64,000 nucleotides of DNA from assembly GCF_009834535.1 (NCBI RefSeq), contig NC_045697.1, forward strand, positions 32,304,001 through 32,368,000, given 5' to 3'. Below, in pieces: positions 1 through 12,859 of the stretch; positions within the stretch are counted from its first letter, which is position 1, and each line of letters begins with the position of its first letter. Position numbers and translations under genes: made by a program. A model generated the notes under the pieces. It was not told the origin of the DNA. It did no database searches and worked only from the letters and a program-made list of their open reading frames with translations. Source of the stretch: Camelus ferus. Its lineage: Eukaryota.

Positions 1-59
1 AAGGCCATAACATTTGTGTCAGGGAATTAAATGCCTTTCGAAAATAACTCTCGGCAAAC

Positions 60-978
60 TACTAGGCCTGTCCGTGGGACTACCAGTGACCATGTGGACA
101 GAACTAATGATCACGAGCTGGGTCCTGTAAGTCCCACTAAGTCATAAAGTTAGGTAGTACCAACAATAATCCATTATAAGATGGAAGAGTTACAGCCAGG
201 ATCGAGCACAGACAGATTCAGAAAGTGTGAAAATGCTGCATAAACAGACAGCACAAGACCTCATGGCACCCACTAGCAGGAGCAGGGTGCTTCTCCCCCT
301 TTCTGTGGTGTGTGAATGATCCTGTACAAAATCAAGTGATCTATTTGAGTGTCTCTTGGTTCACCCTGGAGATGAGTGTTTGTGTTATGACATCAGGTAA
401 GCCACTGCTATGGACTGAATTGTCCCCCCGACTAATTCATATGTTAAAATCCTAACCCCTAATATGATGGTATTTGGAGATGAGACCTTTGGGAGATAAT
501 TAGGTTTAGATGAGGTCGTGAGGATGGCCCCTTCATGGTGGGAATAGTGCCCTTATACAAAGAGGAAGAGCTCTCTCTCTGCCATGTAAAGGCATAGCAG
601 GAAGGTGGCCATCTGCAAGCCAAGAGGAGAGCCCTCATCAGGAACTGAATTGCCGGGCACCTTGATCTTGGACTTTCTAGCCTCCAGAACTCTGAGAAAC
701 CAATGTCCATTGTTTAAGCCACTTAGTACATGGTCTGTTGTTCTAGTAGCCCAGGCTGACCAGGAGAGCCATCAGCGTCAGTGGAATTGGTAACTGAGGG
801 TGAGGGGCTCTAGAATGGACGGCAAAGCAGGACAATGAGTATTAGCCTTCCTAGGACTAACTTCCACAGCCTCCCTCTACCAAGTTTCCCTTCAGAAAAA
901 GATGCCCACAGCCACCCTGAAGAGGCTGTCTTCTGAACGTTTATGAAGAAGCCAGTCCAAGTAGTCCCAGGGCTGGAC
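60..978 (+). mobile_element. Degenerate ERVL (HERV16/ERV3-16-like) internal sequence with large deletions, interrupted by MLT1A at 406-767
   Basis: From 143 it translates HKVR*YQQ*SIIRWKSYSQDRA, resembling the ERVL pol motif HKVGxAQQxSIIKWKWYIxDRA. Removing the MLT1A plus one TSD rejoins SVCVMTSGKPSASVELVTEGEG, like the ERVL 3' motif KVWVTPPGKPPRPAEVIAEGEG. It ends in a PPT-like 'cagggctggac' abutting an LTR16. Confidence 0.7.
406..767 (+). mobile_element. MLT1A/MLT1A0 MaLR solo LTR
   Basis: Starts tgctatggactgaattgtcccc; contains gtggccatctgcaagccaag and gcctccagaactctgagaa. 5-bp TSD gccac (401-405) / gccat (768-772). Confidence 0.9.
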
Positions 979-1325
979 ATTGGTGACATAGATATATCCT
1001 GCATATGGCTCTTCAGAGAACTGGCTGCTCAGCTGCAGGTGTCCAAGACAGCAGAGGACCCTCAGCTCTCAGTCCTTCAGGACTTGCCTTGGCTGTGCCG
1101 AGTTGTTCCACTCCAGGTCACATGCTTTGCAAGGAAGCTCACAACTGGTGACTGAATAAGCGAAGTGTTTAAGGCCTGGGCATTCTGGCCTGACGCAGAC
1201 TCCTGCAATAGCCAATACTTCCCCTTGAGCTCCCTTCCAGGTTGGACAAGACTTTCTCAGGCTTGCATTGTAGTTAAAATGTTCTTATGTCCTGTCCTGC
1301 TTCCTGTATCTTTCACAGGTCCATG
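979..1325 (+). mobile_element. LTR16-family (ERVL) LTR, 3' LTR of the upstream internal remnant
   Basis: LTR16A/B-like blocks ggcctgggcattctggcctgacgcagactcct, agactttctcaggcttgcattgtag and cctgcttcctgtatctttcacaggt. Confidence 0.75.
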
Positions 1326-1377
1326 AATTTTTGTAATGTATTTTTAATGAAATTGTTTTTATTGAAAGGGTGCTGCA

Positions 1378-1409
1378 TTTTTTTCTTTTTTTTTTTTTTT
1401 TTTTTTTTT
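1378..1409. repeat. poly(T) tract
   Basis: About 30 T with one C interruption, read directly. Confidence 0.9.
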
Positions 1410-1618
1410 GGCCTGGGCTCTGCATACCGCGGAGTTAGCCACTTAGATGACATAACCCAAACTGGTTAATTTCTTGGCCAGTCTTCTTGGTCTCCATTCA
1501 CAATTCTGCCAAAGATTTCTGGCATCTTTTTTCTTCTCCCCTACTTACGACCCACTACTGCCCACTTGGTGTTGCAGTAACAGTCATTCTTAATTTCTAG
1601 AAATGGAAAGCTTTATCT

Positions 1619-1643
1619 AAAAAAAAAAAAAAAAAAAAAAAAA
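1619..1643. repeat. poly(A) tract
   Basis: About 25 consecutive A, read directly. Confidence 0.9.
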
Positions 1644-2384
1644 ACAAGTCTTGCAGATCAAGGAATGGTCCTAATTGACAATTGATATATTTCTTTTGTG
1701 TACTTAGAAAGATGCCATTCACCTCTGTCCTGCTTCCTGAAACACCTTATACTACTTTCTTGGCAGACATTTAGAACACCTGCCCATAAACTATAGATGA
1801 AGAAAATGAAATGGAGCCCTCTGTATTAATGTTCTAGGCGGCAATTGGTTGAGGTTGTGTTTGTTCTTGTAAAACTACTGAACTACTGCTCAGAGTTGAC
1901 TCAGTTTTGATGGAAGAGATTGATTTCTTGGCAATATTTTCAATTCTTCTACCCCATTCTGATAGCAGCTGGGTCAGAAACACACTCAGCATTGCTTTCA
2001 TGCTTGATAGCTATAGTTGTGACCATGTTAATTACCAGCCTGTCAAATTGCACAATGGGGACACTGTATAGCACTGAGACTGATTATAGTCTTGCCTTCC
2101 TTGGGAAGACTTGCTTGGAAGTCATGTGCAATTTGTAATTAAAGTTCAAGTCATCCTTGGTAAATTATCTATTTTTTCTAGTATAAAATTCTATTTCACT
2201 TTCATTTTGATTAAATCTTTTACAAGTTAGGTATATCTGGTGATGGGATCCTAAGGGTCTCATGTTCTGTGGCCTGTGACAGGAATGAGAAGATAAGAAC
2301 ATTCTACACATGCCTTATTCTTATAAAACTTTTCCGTACATGAAATAAAATGTTTTTTAATGCAAGAAGAATTTGCATCTTTAT

Positions 2385-4275
2385 ATTTAAAATATATTTT
2401 GTTCAGAAGCACACAAAACAAATATACAACTCAATGAATTATTATCAAATGCAAAATGAACAACCAGGAAATCAAGTCCACTACCAGTTACTAAAGCCTG
2501 GATCACCATCCCTGCCTCCAAAGTAAGCACTCTTTGACTTTCATAACGTATGCTTTCTTCTGTTTGTAGTTTTTTTCGTTGAAGCACAAATCTCTAATCA
2601 TTAGACTATAGTCTTACCTCTTGTGGAACTTCATATAAATCAAACCATACAATGAATATTTTATTTTTTCAGGCTGCTTTTGCTCAGTGTTCTGTTTGTG
2701 AGACTCACCCCTCTTGTTGTTGCAGAGGTGGTTGGCTCATTTTTATTGGTGAGTTGTATTCTGTTGTTTGAGTCTTCCACAATCTGTTATCCATTTTAAT
2801 GTTGATAGATACTTGGGCCTTTTCCAGTTTGAGGTGTTTATAAATAGTCAGCATGTTTGTAAATGTCTTTTGCTGCACCTGTGAACACATTTTTCCTGGA
2901 TATATACCTTGTAGTAGAATTCCTGTTAAAGTGTGTGTGTATATTCAATTTAAGCAGCTGATACTAAACTGTTTCCAAAGCAATTGTACCAGTTTATTAC
3001 GTCACTAGCAATGTGTGGTAGTTCCTGTTGTTTTACTTGCTAATACTTGGCTGTAAGTCTTAATTTTAGCCATTTGTGGATTTCTAGTATTATCTCTTTG
3101 CGATTTTAATTTGCATTTATCTGATTTTTCTAGAACAAAATATTTTCATATATTTGTTGGCCACTAAAATATCTTCTTTACAAAGTACCTATTCCACTCT
3201 TACTTTTCTCTTTGGACTGGCTAGCTTTTAATTTTTGACTTGTAAGAGCTCTTTATGTATTCAGATGTGCATGTGTGTTATATCTTTTGAATATTGGTTT
3301 GCCTTTCACTCTCTTGATATCTTTTGAAGAATGTAAGTCCTTAATTTTTATGTAGTCCAATCTTTAAATCTTTTTTCTTTATGTTTACTACTTCTGGGGT
3401 CCTGTTTAAAAAGCTTTTTCCTACCCCAAGGTCATGAAGATATACTCTTCTATGACATTCTGAAAATTTATAGTTTTGTCTTTTACATTTATATCTGCAC
3501 AACACTAAGTTTTGATATTTACATACGATGTGAGGTAGGGGTACATTTTGGTTTTTTTCCCCTTATTTTGTCCAATTGTTTCCAAGGGTTATTTATTGAA
3601 AAGTCTGCCCTCCTGGGAATGTTCTACAATGCTGCCATTATTTTGAATTAAATGTTCATATGTGCATGGAGCCCTTTCTGGGATCTTTTAAAATCAATTC
3701 TAGTTGTCTGTTTGTATATCCTGGCATTAATATCATGCTGTTTTAATTAAAATGTTGCTTTAAAATAAACCTTTACATCATGTGTTAAAGCAAACCTTTC
3801 TCTTTCTTCGATCTTGAATAGTATCTTGATTATTTCCTAGTCCATTGCATTAGATTTAAATTTCAGGATAATTTATAAAGTTAATTTCACATACTCCCAC
3901 TCTGTTGTAATCGTATTGATTTCTTTAGAAGTTTGAGAAGAATTAATATCCTCATAATATCGTCTTCCCACAAATAAACATGTTAACCCCTACATTTATC
4001 TAGGTCTTTAATTTCTGTCAGTAATGTGTTATCATTTTCTCTGTAGAGATCTTACACATCTGCTATCAGATTTTCTATATTTCATAATTTTGATGCTCTG
4101 TAAATAGTATGTTCACAAACATTTTTTATTTTCTAATGATTTGTTGTGGGAATTTATAGAAAAACAGTATGTTATTCCATGTTAAATTTATGATCATAAA
4201 CTATTCTAAAATAATATATCAATTCTAAAAGTGTATGTGTAGATTGATTTATATTTTCTCTGTACACTGTCACAT
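2385..4275 (-). mobile_element. Ancient L1 (L1ME-like) 3'UTR and ORF2 3' remnant
   Basis: Antisense L1 motifs tccacaatctgttatccattttaatgttgatagatacttggg, ttttaatttgcatttatctgat and cctaccccaaggtcatgaagatat. Confidence 0.8.
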
Positions 4276-4282
4276 TATAGAA

Positions 4283-4470
4283 TAGTATGGTATAGTGGTT
4301 AAGATAAGTTCTACAAGTGGGCTGTCTAAATTCTAATTCCAGCTCTGCTACTTTTTTGGCAGGCCTTTGGCAAGCTATTTAAACTTTCCCAGTTTTGTAA
4401 TCTTATCTGTTAAACTGCTGTAATAATAGAATCTATCTCATAAGGATTTTATGAGGTTTAATTAGGTGCT
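4283..4470 (+). mobile_element. MIR SINE
   Basis: gtatagtggttaag ... ccagctctgctactt ... ggcaagctatttaaact ... tctcataaggattttatgagg. Confidence 0.7.
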
Positions 4471-4559
4471 AAGCTGGGAGAGCTTCCTGAGGAAGCTGGC
4501 TAGTGATAGCTAGGAAACCAGGAACAGGCACCAAGAGTGCATCTCTATATAGTTAAATA

Positions 4560-5345
4560 CAAGCTTTTACAGTAGTTTTAGGTTTCTAGAAAAATTACGA
4601 AGATAATACATAAAGGTCCCATGTACCCCACATCCAGTTTCCTCTATTATTCATGTCTTACATTAATGTTTTTTTTTTTCTATTCCAGGATTCTATCCAA
4701 GGTACCACAATAACATTTAGTTGTCACATCTCTTTAGGCTTCACTAGACTGTGACAGTTTCTTAGACTTTTCTTGGTTTTGATGACCTTGAGAATTTTGT
4801 AAGTATTGGTCGGGTATTTTTGCAGGATGTCCCTCAATTTGAGTTCGGCTGATCTTTTTCTCATGCTTAAATGAGGGTTATGCATTTGGGGGAGGAAGAC
4901 CACAGGGGTAAAATGCCATTCTCATCACATCATATCTAGGGTACATACTATCAAAATGTTTGCTGTGGTTAATGGTAACCTCGAGCACTTGGCCTGATAG
5001 TGTTTGTCAGGTTTCTCCACTGCTGAGTTACTGTTCTTTCTCTCTCCATACTGTATTCATTGAAGGGGAGTCACTATGGGCAGCCTACATTTTGGGAGTG
5101 GGGAGTTATTCCACCTTCTTGAGGACACAGTATCTACATAAATTATTTGAAATTCTTTTGTGTGGGAGACTTGCCTCTTTTTCCCATTTATTTATTCAGT
5201 CATTTATTTGTATCAGTATGAATTTAGATCTACTTATTTTATGCTTTGGGTTATAATCCAATAGTACTTCACTTATTTTGTTCAAATTGTTTCAGCTTTG
5301 GCCATTGGGAGCTCCTTTAATCAACTCATGTGTCTCTTTCATAGA
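4560..5345 (-). mobile_element. L1MC/L1MD-type 3' end
   Basis: acatttagttgtcacatctctttagg, gtgacagtttcttagacttttcttggttttgatgaccttga and cagtatctacataaattatttgaaattctt. Confidence 0.8.
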
Positions 5346-6627
5346 TATACCACCATCAATGTAGGTATCCCTTCTCTTCTTTTCTTTCTGTCTGTTGGAG
5401 CCCTCATATAAGGTGTGAAAAAATTTAAAGTGCCTCTAGTGGAGAATAAGAAAAACAATAAAACAGTAAGCCCTGAAGTAATTCTAAAGGGGTGAGGCTT
5501 TACTTTCTGCAGAAAGGTAACGTGAGGGAACACCTAATTGCCTTAAAGTATACGATGTGCTATATTTTAGCGAGCTGGTACTGCTAATCACAATTCAAAG
5601 GGAAATGGACAAGAACTTTGGAATTTTTTTTTTTTTGAGTATATAGTTGTGAGACTTTAGAATTGCTAAGGCAATCTTTCTCTGATTGTTACACTAAAAA
5701 GAAAAAAAAACATTAAAAAGAAGAGGAGGTTTTAGGGTAACTGTGGGAGGAACTCATTTTTTAGCACATACTTACACTATATTCCTGACACTTTGCATAT
5801 GTTGTGTCATTTGCACAATAGCCACCTTCATCAGATATTCTCTGCTCAAAGGCTGGGGAATAAACTCAACAGCCTGTTGTTTGCAGGCTGCACTGTAATT
5901 CTATGAATCATCAAGAGCCAATGGAAGAATTTCATGAAGCAAGAAACATTATTTATCTTTACAGAAAGAAGTCAAGTTATATCCACATTCCATAGGAATG
6001 AATTTCTTGCTACTCCTCTTCGTAAATTTCTAATAATAAGCAGTGAGGTACAAAGAATAAGATGTGGAGCACAGCTTGTTCCAAGTCTATCACTTGTGAA
6101 GTGCCCTTTTCTCTTCCGTTTTCAAGAGCACATCACTGACTTCTGTAATCTAACCTCCTGTTGCTGATAAACACGATTCACCAGTGAAAAGAGTGGTTCC
6201 ATGGACCTTTGCTTCGTGTCCCACATAATGCTTGGAGACTCCAACTGGGGCCAATTCTGTTCTCTCTGCTGTGCTTCTGACCTTAGATTATCACCTGTGT
6301 GTGGTTCAAGGAATGAGATTCTCAGGAGGAATCACACAGTCATTTTCTCCTAGAATTTAAGAGATCTTAGGGACTAGTCATACTATTACCAGGCAAGGCA
6401 TGGATTCTTGGCTTTCAGGGCTCCGTGCTCTGCTAACAACTTAATAATTCCAGTCTCTTGTTTCTGACTTGGAGCCCAGAATAAAGATAGGTTTTGTGGC
6501 TGCTGAAGTATTTCCAAAGCCCCTAGACTTGCATGTTTTCCCTAAGAAGGGTTCTGTAAACCATAGTGAGAGAGTTAGGTACTTTCCTGCGTTTTAATGA
6601 GCTTTCTAAACACAATTTCTATCATGT

Positions 6628-7080
6628 TGGTATATTCATTTCTTAGGCATGCCTTAATAAATTATCACTTAATTTGGTGACTTAGAATAACAGAAACGTA
6701 TCAGCTCAGTCTAGAAGTCTGAAATCTCGGTGTGGGTGGTGCTGTGCTCCCGATGAAGGCTCCAGGGAAAACCCTTTCTTGTTTCTTCCTAGCGTCTGGG
6801 GGCTCACAGCAATCTTTGGTCTTCCTTGATTTATAACTGCATCTCTCCTCTCCAGTCTTAACCTGTGTCTTTATACGGTCTTCTTTTCTGTGTGTCTCTG
6901 TATCTCTGTTTTCTCCTCTTCTTAACACGGTCCCCAGACGTTGGACTTAGGCTCCCTCTAATCCAGTGTGACCTCCTTTACCTTAACTAACTACATCTGC
7001 AAGGACTTTGTTTCCAAATAAGGTTAATTCTGAGGTTCTGGGAAGACATGAGTTTTTGAGGACACTATTCAACCTATTAT
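6628..7080 (-). mobile_element. MLT1C-like MaLR solo LTR
   Basis: gaagtctgaaatc, gaaggctccaggg, tacatctgcaaggactttgtttccaaataaggt, and terminal gacactattcaaccta. Confidence 0.85.
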
Positions 7081-7574
7081 GCTTGGTTATTTCTTTTCTC
7101 AGTGGAAAGCAAATTAGGAGAACAGTCCAGGACAGGTTAAAGGGACTTCTGAGGCTGTGCATGGAAAACAATGAGAAATGCTGCTGACAACCTGACAGTG
7201 AGGGCAAGGCCGAATCTCTCAAACGCCCTTAGGATGTTTTGTGCACATTACATCCGAGGCCCCAAACATCTGCACAGAATTGTCCTATCAAGAACATGTT
7301 TATGTGGAGCTTTGTCCCATTACTAGTTCCTAGAGACCATTTCATAAATGTCAGCTTAATTTTACTGAATGAAATATATTACTTTTCTATAAAGCAAAAT
7401 ATTCCTAACAAATCTTTGATTTTCTGTTAATCTCATTTTCTCATCTAAAATGTAAACTCCTTAAGAAAAAAAAAAGATGATAGATGTATTATTTCCAACA
7501 TCAACTAGCATGATTTATCAATAATATCAAGCATTTATGGAGCATGTCCTAATTAGAAGATTCTATATCATTAT

Positions 7575-8035
7575 TAGGAGGGCAAAATCTGGTAACAAAC
7601 TGTCTAGATTTGAAGCATGGCTTTACACCTTACTCATTGTGCCTTAGTTTCCTCATCTGCAAAATGGAAAATATAGTGGTACCTATTTCATATAAAGATT
7701 AAATGAGTATATGGATATATGTAAGTATTGCTATATGTATATGTAGGTATTTTTATAATATAAGCATATTACGTATTACATATTATGCAAGTATTATATG
7801 CTTGCTATTCAAAGTTCTAAATGTTTTATTGAATCAGGTCATATAATCTTCACAACTAACCTTTGAGTGAAGTATCATTTTGATCATCTCTGTTCTATAA
7901 ATGAGAGAAAATGGTATTACCTCCCACAAAGGTAAGTGACTGGCTGAAGCCCCCACAATAGAGTAGTTAGGATACGAATCTAGGCAGTCTAGTTTCAGAG
8001 CCCATCCCATTACTTATTGTAGAACATTGCCTCAC
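7575..8035. mobile_element. Two MIR fragments in opposite orientation (about 7575-7710 +, about 7800-8035 -)
   Basis: MIR core gtgccttagtttcctcatctgcaaaatgg, and antisense atataatcttcacaactaacc ... ctaggcagtctagtttcagagccc. Confidence 0.65.
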
Positions 8036-8182
8036 TATTTGATAAGTAACTAACTACTTTTATTTTACAGGGAATTAATAAACACTTGCTGATTAATTAC
8101 ATCTATGCTCTGATTCCTGCTGGTTTGACTTGCTCATGAACCTCTCAAATTTATGTTGTTTTTAAGTGGCTGTAGGTCACTT

Positions 8183-8712
8183 TATTAGCTGTCTATTGCT
8201 ACCTAACAAGTTACCCCAAATCTTAGTGGTTTAAAAGAACAGTAATCATTTATTATCTCTCGCCATTTCTGTGGGTCGAGAATTCAGAACAGTTTGGCTG
8301 GGCAGGTTCTGGTTCAGGCCTTCTTCCTGGGTTGCAGTCGGATGTTGGCTGGGGTGGAGGGCGTCTGAAGCCTTGGCTGGCCCTGAAGGATCTCCTTCCA
8401 AGGTGGCTCATTCCTGCGGTGGGCAAGTTGGTGCTGACAGTGGAAGGGGGAGCTCAGTCCCTCCTCATGTGGGCTCTCCACAGGGCCACTTAGGGCATCT
8501 TCATGGAACACAGCTGGATCTTTTCCAGAGGAAACCATCTAGGAGATCAGTGAAAAAGTTCCAATGACTTTTATAGCCTTGGCTTGGAAGTCAAAAACCT
8601 TCTTTACTTCTGCTGTGTTCATCTGGTCTCAGAGAGCAGCCCCAGTAAACATGCAGAAGACTCCACAAAGGCTTGGGGTTTATGAGGGGACATTTTGGAG
8701 GCCAGATGCCAC
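8183..8712 (-). mobile_element. MLT1F/G/H-type MaLR solo LTR
   Basis: tattgctacctaacaagttaccccaaatcttagtggtttaaaa ... ccaaggtggctcattc ... ends attttggaggccagatgccaca. Confidence 0.8.
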
Positions 8713-8759
8713 AGTCACACATGCACAGTGTGCTTCCTTCTCCAGCCTCTCAGTGTTGG

Positions 8760-9097
8760 TAGTCCCTTCCCTTCCTCTGGGGAGATGACTTCTGAATTCC
8801 ACAGTAACCTGTCTCTGGAACTTACCTTCCCTTTAGGTTTACAACAGTAGGAAGGTGACTTCCCCAAGGGCAATCAGGTATCACTCCCAACAGTTTTATT
8901 CCTGCATGGAAATAGATTCAAAGATCGTCTGTGTAAATCATCCAGTGAGTACATGGGGAGATTGTCTAGAATTTCTGATTGCTCCCCTGGTTCCTGCTCT
9001 TTTCACAGCCTGAGTATTCAGTTCTTTCGGAACTTTTTTCTTAAGTAAATCAGAGTTGGTATTTTTCATCATCATCAGAAAGTCCTAATTAATATAG
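8760..9097 (+). mobile_element. Old MLT1 (J/K/L-type) LTR remnant
   Basis: MLT1-like 3' end ttcttaagtaaatcagagttggtatttt...agaaagtcctaattaatata. Confidence 0.45.
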
Positions 9098-11036
9098 TTA
9101 CTTTCAATATGTACCCCATCCCCAAGGATAAAATATGTAGTGGATAAAACAGTCAGGAAGCCTTTTGTTGTTGTAGTTTTTTGATCTCCCAGGCAAGTGG
9201 ATCATTTTGCTCTGGGAGACATGTGGTCCCTGAGATGGACTTTGGAGACCTGCATTAGAGACACCTTCCATCTCTTCTTTTGTCAGGCCCTGCCATCCCA
9301 GTCTCCATACCTGAAAGACTACATGCCTTCCAAATCTGGGTTTGCTGTTAATAGAAATTCTGTTCATAAAAGTATCTGTTAATTTAGTTAACATTTTAAA
9401 CGCATGATTTAGTTCTGTATGTGTAAAAGTCAAAATATGTCTCAAACTTATATATTACTAATATTTCATTAACTATCCTGAAAAAGTCAAAGTCTTTAGT
9501 AGATTTATTACTGTCTCAGATGCTGAAAGATTCCTCCATACTAATATGCACAAGAATTTTCCTTTGTAAAAAAGATTTTTTTAATGTAAATCCATTTCAA
9601 ATGAGCTGGGCTTCTTGATTTCATTAATATAAACCACGAACACCAACTTCTAAAATACACTTTCTCAGCTGGAAGTGTATCTTATTAGTTAGTCTTCAAA
9701 GCTAATAGAAATAGACATTGTGTTCCAGCCTTTTTACAACCTGAAAAACAAGGTGAGGGGAAGAAGGGATACAATTATGTGTGGGAAGGTAAAAACAAGG
9801 ATAATAGCTTCTGGCACATTGTTAGCTAAAAGTGTGTGTGGGTGTTGACGACACCGCTGGCTGAGAAGCAAATATAAGGATATTCATGTAAGGTGCTTCC
9901 TAAACATTTCCCCACCAAGCTAATGGTGTTGAAGTCTTTTCCTGAAATGATTAATTAGTATGTAAATCTGACATTTTATGTAAACAAATCACATGTAACA
10001 TGATGAATCAAGGACTAACAGAACAAAGGCTACTGGACTGTATTTAGTTTGATAATGGGATTTCCGTATATTCGAAGTAGGACAAGACCCCAGCTGCTTC
10101 CTGTCATTTGCTCATGTCCTGAGTTTTGCTGTGGATATTGATAGTCCCTGGGAACAACCTTGCACATGTGGGTACACACATGAACTTTTGCAGGGTGTAC
10201 CAGCTTTCTTTTGCACTCACCTAAGTGCTTGCCTGTTTCATGTGTGTGATGGCTGTGTTCTGATGGCTGGTAGGGTTAGTATGTACCGGTTTGTGTAAGT
10301 ACCTATAGCCACGCATGTATGTGCATACCTGTTGGCATGTTTTAGTCTCTGTGTGGGCCTTGCATGTGTCTTTGTGTATCTTCTTATATGTCTCCTTATT
10401 CGTTATCCATTTCATTACATACTCACTAGTTATTACTTCCTCACACCTCTAGTATTTTGTTTCTCTTTCTTTCGCCTCATCACCCCAATACAGGGTTCAC
10501 ATAACCCTTTTCAATCACGTAAGCCCTTCTTAGGTTAAATGACTATTTGAGAATCGAGTCCATTTCTCTCCCTTCCCTTTTTCCTGAATCGTTCCTCTGT
10601 ACTTTACAAAAATCTCTCCACTATTGTTGGTTGACTGTATCCAAGACACATCTTCCCTATTTGGGAGAGGAGAGGAGCCAAGAGAAATAACTTGATATTC
10701 CATGAGAGGGAAGTATAAGTCAAAAAGATATATGGGTGACTTCTTTTGGCATAGTGATTTAAAAAGTTACATAGAAGGAATATGTTCCTGTATTCACCCA
10801 GTGTTTATTGATTTTCCTCTGTGTTCAAGGTAGTGTTATGGGCAATATTTAACAATGATAATGGCATTTAAGCCTTCAAATTTTTCTGAAAGTTGTGCCA
10901 AAAGAAAAATATTCAAATAAGTGATTTATTTGTCCAATAGGAAGATACTTCTTAAAAGATAGTTCTAGTGGAAAGAGCACTGGGCTGGGAGACAGTATCT
11001 GCACAGAAACCTCAGCCCTCCAAATAATGGCCTCTC

Positions 11037-11980
11037 AAACAGTGCATCAAAAAATGGGCAGAAGACCTAAACAAACATTTCTCCAATGAAGACATACAAA
11101 TGGTCAATAGGTACATGAAAAAATGCTCATTATTGCTAATTATCAGAGAAATGCAAATCAAAACTACAATGAGGTATCACCTCACACCAGTCAGAATGGC
11201 CATGTTTAAGAAGTACACAAATGATAAATGCTGGAGAGGGTATGGAAAAAGGGAACCCTCCTACACTGTTGGAGGTATGTGGTTTGGTGCAGCCATTAAG
11301 GAAAACAGTATGGAGAGTCCTCAAAAACTGAAAATAGTTACTTGTCATATGATCCAGCAATCCCACTCCTGGGCATATATCTTGAGGGAATTCTAATTTG
11401 AAAAGATACATGCACCCCAATGTTCATAGCAGCACTATTTACAGTAGCCAACACATGGAAGCAACCTAAATGTCCATTGACAGATGACTAGATTGAAAAG
11501 TTGTTGTGTATATATATATATTACTCAGCCATAAAAAAGAATAAAATAATGCCATTTGTAGCAACAAGGATGGACCTGGAGATTGTCATACTAAGTGAAG
11601 TAAGCCAGAAAAAGAAAGAAAAACACCATATGGTGTCATTTATATGTGGAATCTAGAAAAAATGACACGAATGAACTTTTTAAATGAAATAGAAACAGAC
11701 TCACAGACATAGCAAACAAACTTACTGGCTACCAGGGGTAAGGGGAAGGTGGAGGGATAAAGTGGGATTTTGGGACTTGCAGATACTAACTACTATATAT
11801 AAAATAGATAAACAACAACGTCCTACTGTATAGCACAGGGAACTATAGTCAATATCTTATAATAGCCTATAATGAAAAAGAATATGAGAAGGAATATATG
11901 TATATATATATCTGAATCACTATACTGTACACCAAAAATTAGCACAACATTGTAAGCCAACTATATACTTCAATAAAAAA
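11037..11980 (+). mobile_element. 5'-truncated L1 (ORF2 C-terminus, 3'UTR, short poly-A), artiodactyl/camelid lineage
   Basis: ORF 11100-11396 ([29 protein letters not shown]...) is the L1 ORF2p C-terminal region. The element ends caataaaaaaa. Degenerate TSD aaataatggcctctc (11022-11036) / acatactggcttctc (11981-11995), 12/15 identical. Confidence 0.95.
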
Positions 11981-11989
11981 ACATACTGG

Positions 11990-12510
11990 CTTCTCCATGC
12001 TGTAGTCAGAATCTTTATTTTAGAATGTAAACCTGATCACCTTGTATCTCTTTGTTCTTTAATTGCTTCTTATTGTCCATAGGATAAAGATGGCAGCCTT
12101 TAACACGGCCGACAGATCCTGCATAGTCTGGCTCTGCCCACTTCTCTGCTCTCATCTGTCAGTACTGCTCCCCTAACGCTGCTTGCTCTGGGCACTGCAG
12201 CCATAGTTTATTTAATAGATAATTTCTCTATCTCCCAGGACCTTTGTGCAAGCTCTCTGAAACACCTTTCCTTTCCTTGTCTTTTAAACTTCCACTCATC
12301 TCACTTAAAGCAGATTAGGTAGATTCATGAAACAAATTCATGAAACCGTGTTGCTTCCCTTTAGATCACTTATCTCCATTTTAATTGTATACTTATTTGT
12401 GTGATTAATGTTGGCCACTCCCACTTGACTCTCTGTGTCCATGACCATTGGCTCCCCTGTGCCTGTCACAGTTTCTGACACACACATTTTTTGAAAAGTT
12501 GAATGATTGG
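11990..12510 (+). mobile_element. L2 3' end
   Basis: aatgtaaacctgatcac...ggataaag...ctggctctgcccacttctct, ending in an L2 tail-like gttgaatgattgg. Confidence 0.7.
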
Positions 12511-12859
12511 AGGAATTTATCTAACTGATCTGAAACAAAATTTTACCAAATGTAGGATGAAGATAATAACTGAGAATAGAATGGGTAGGTCAGCTGAGAG
12601 AATGTGCATTAAAGCTTTCCAGAATGCTATTAAAGAAAGGATCAGGATAATGATTATAAGTATAATAATAACCAAGCGGAATTGCTATTCTAATTAATTT
12701 GGTCAATAGAGAAGTGGTCGGTGATGTGGGTGTGAAAATAGCTTGAAGAGAAATTATTATGTCTTGCAGAAAGGAAACAGTCTTCGAGTTTATATCTATC
12801 TCTAGCTCTGTCTCTGTCTCTATCTCTGTATCTAAAGATATGTTAAAAGGAAATTTTAA

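Noticed and set aside
1378..1643. Poly-T and poly-A pair as a hairpin or retrocopy boundary
   Set aside because: No TSD or recognisable insert between them; independent homopolymer expansions suffice.
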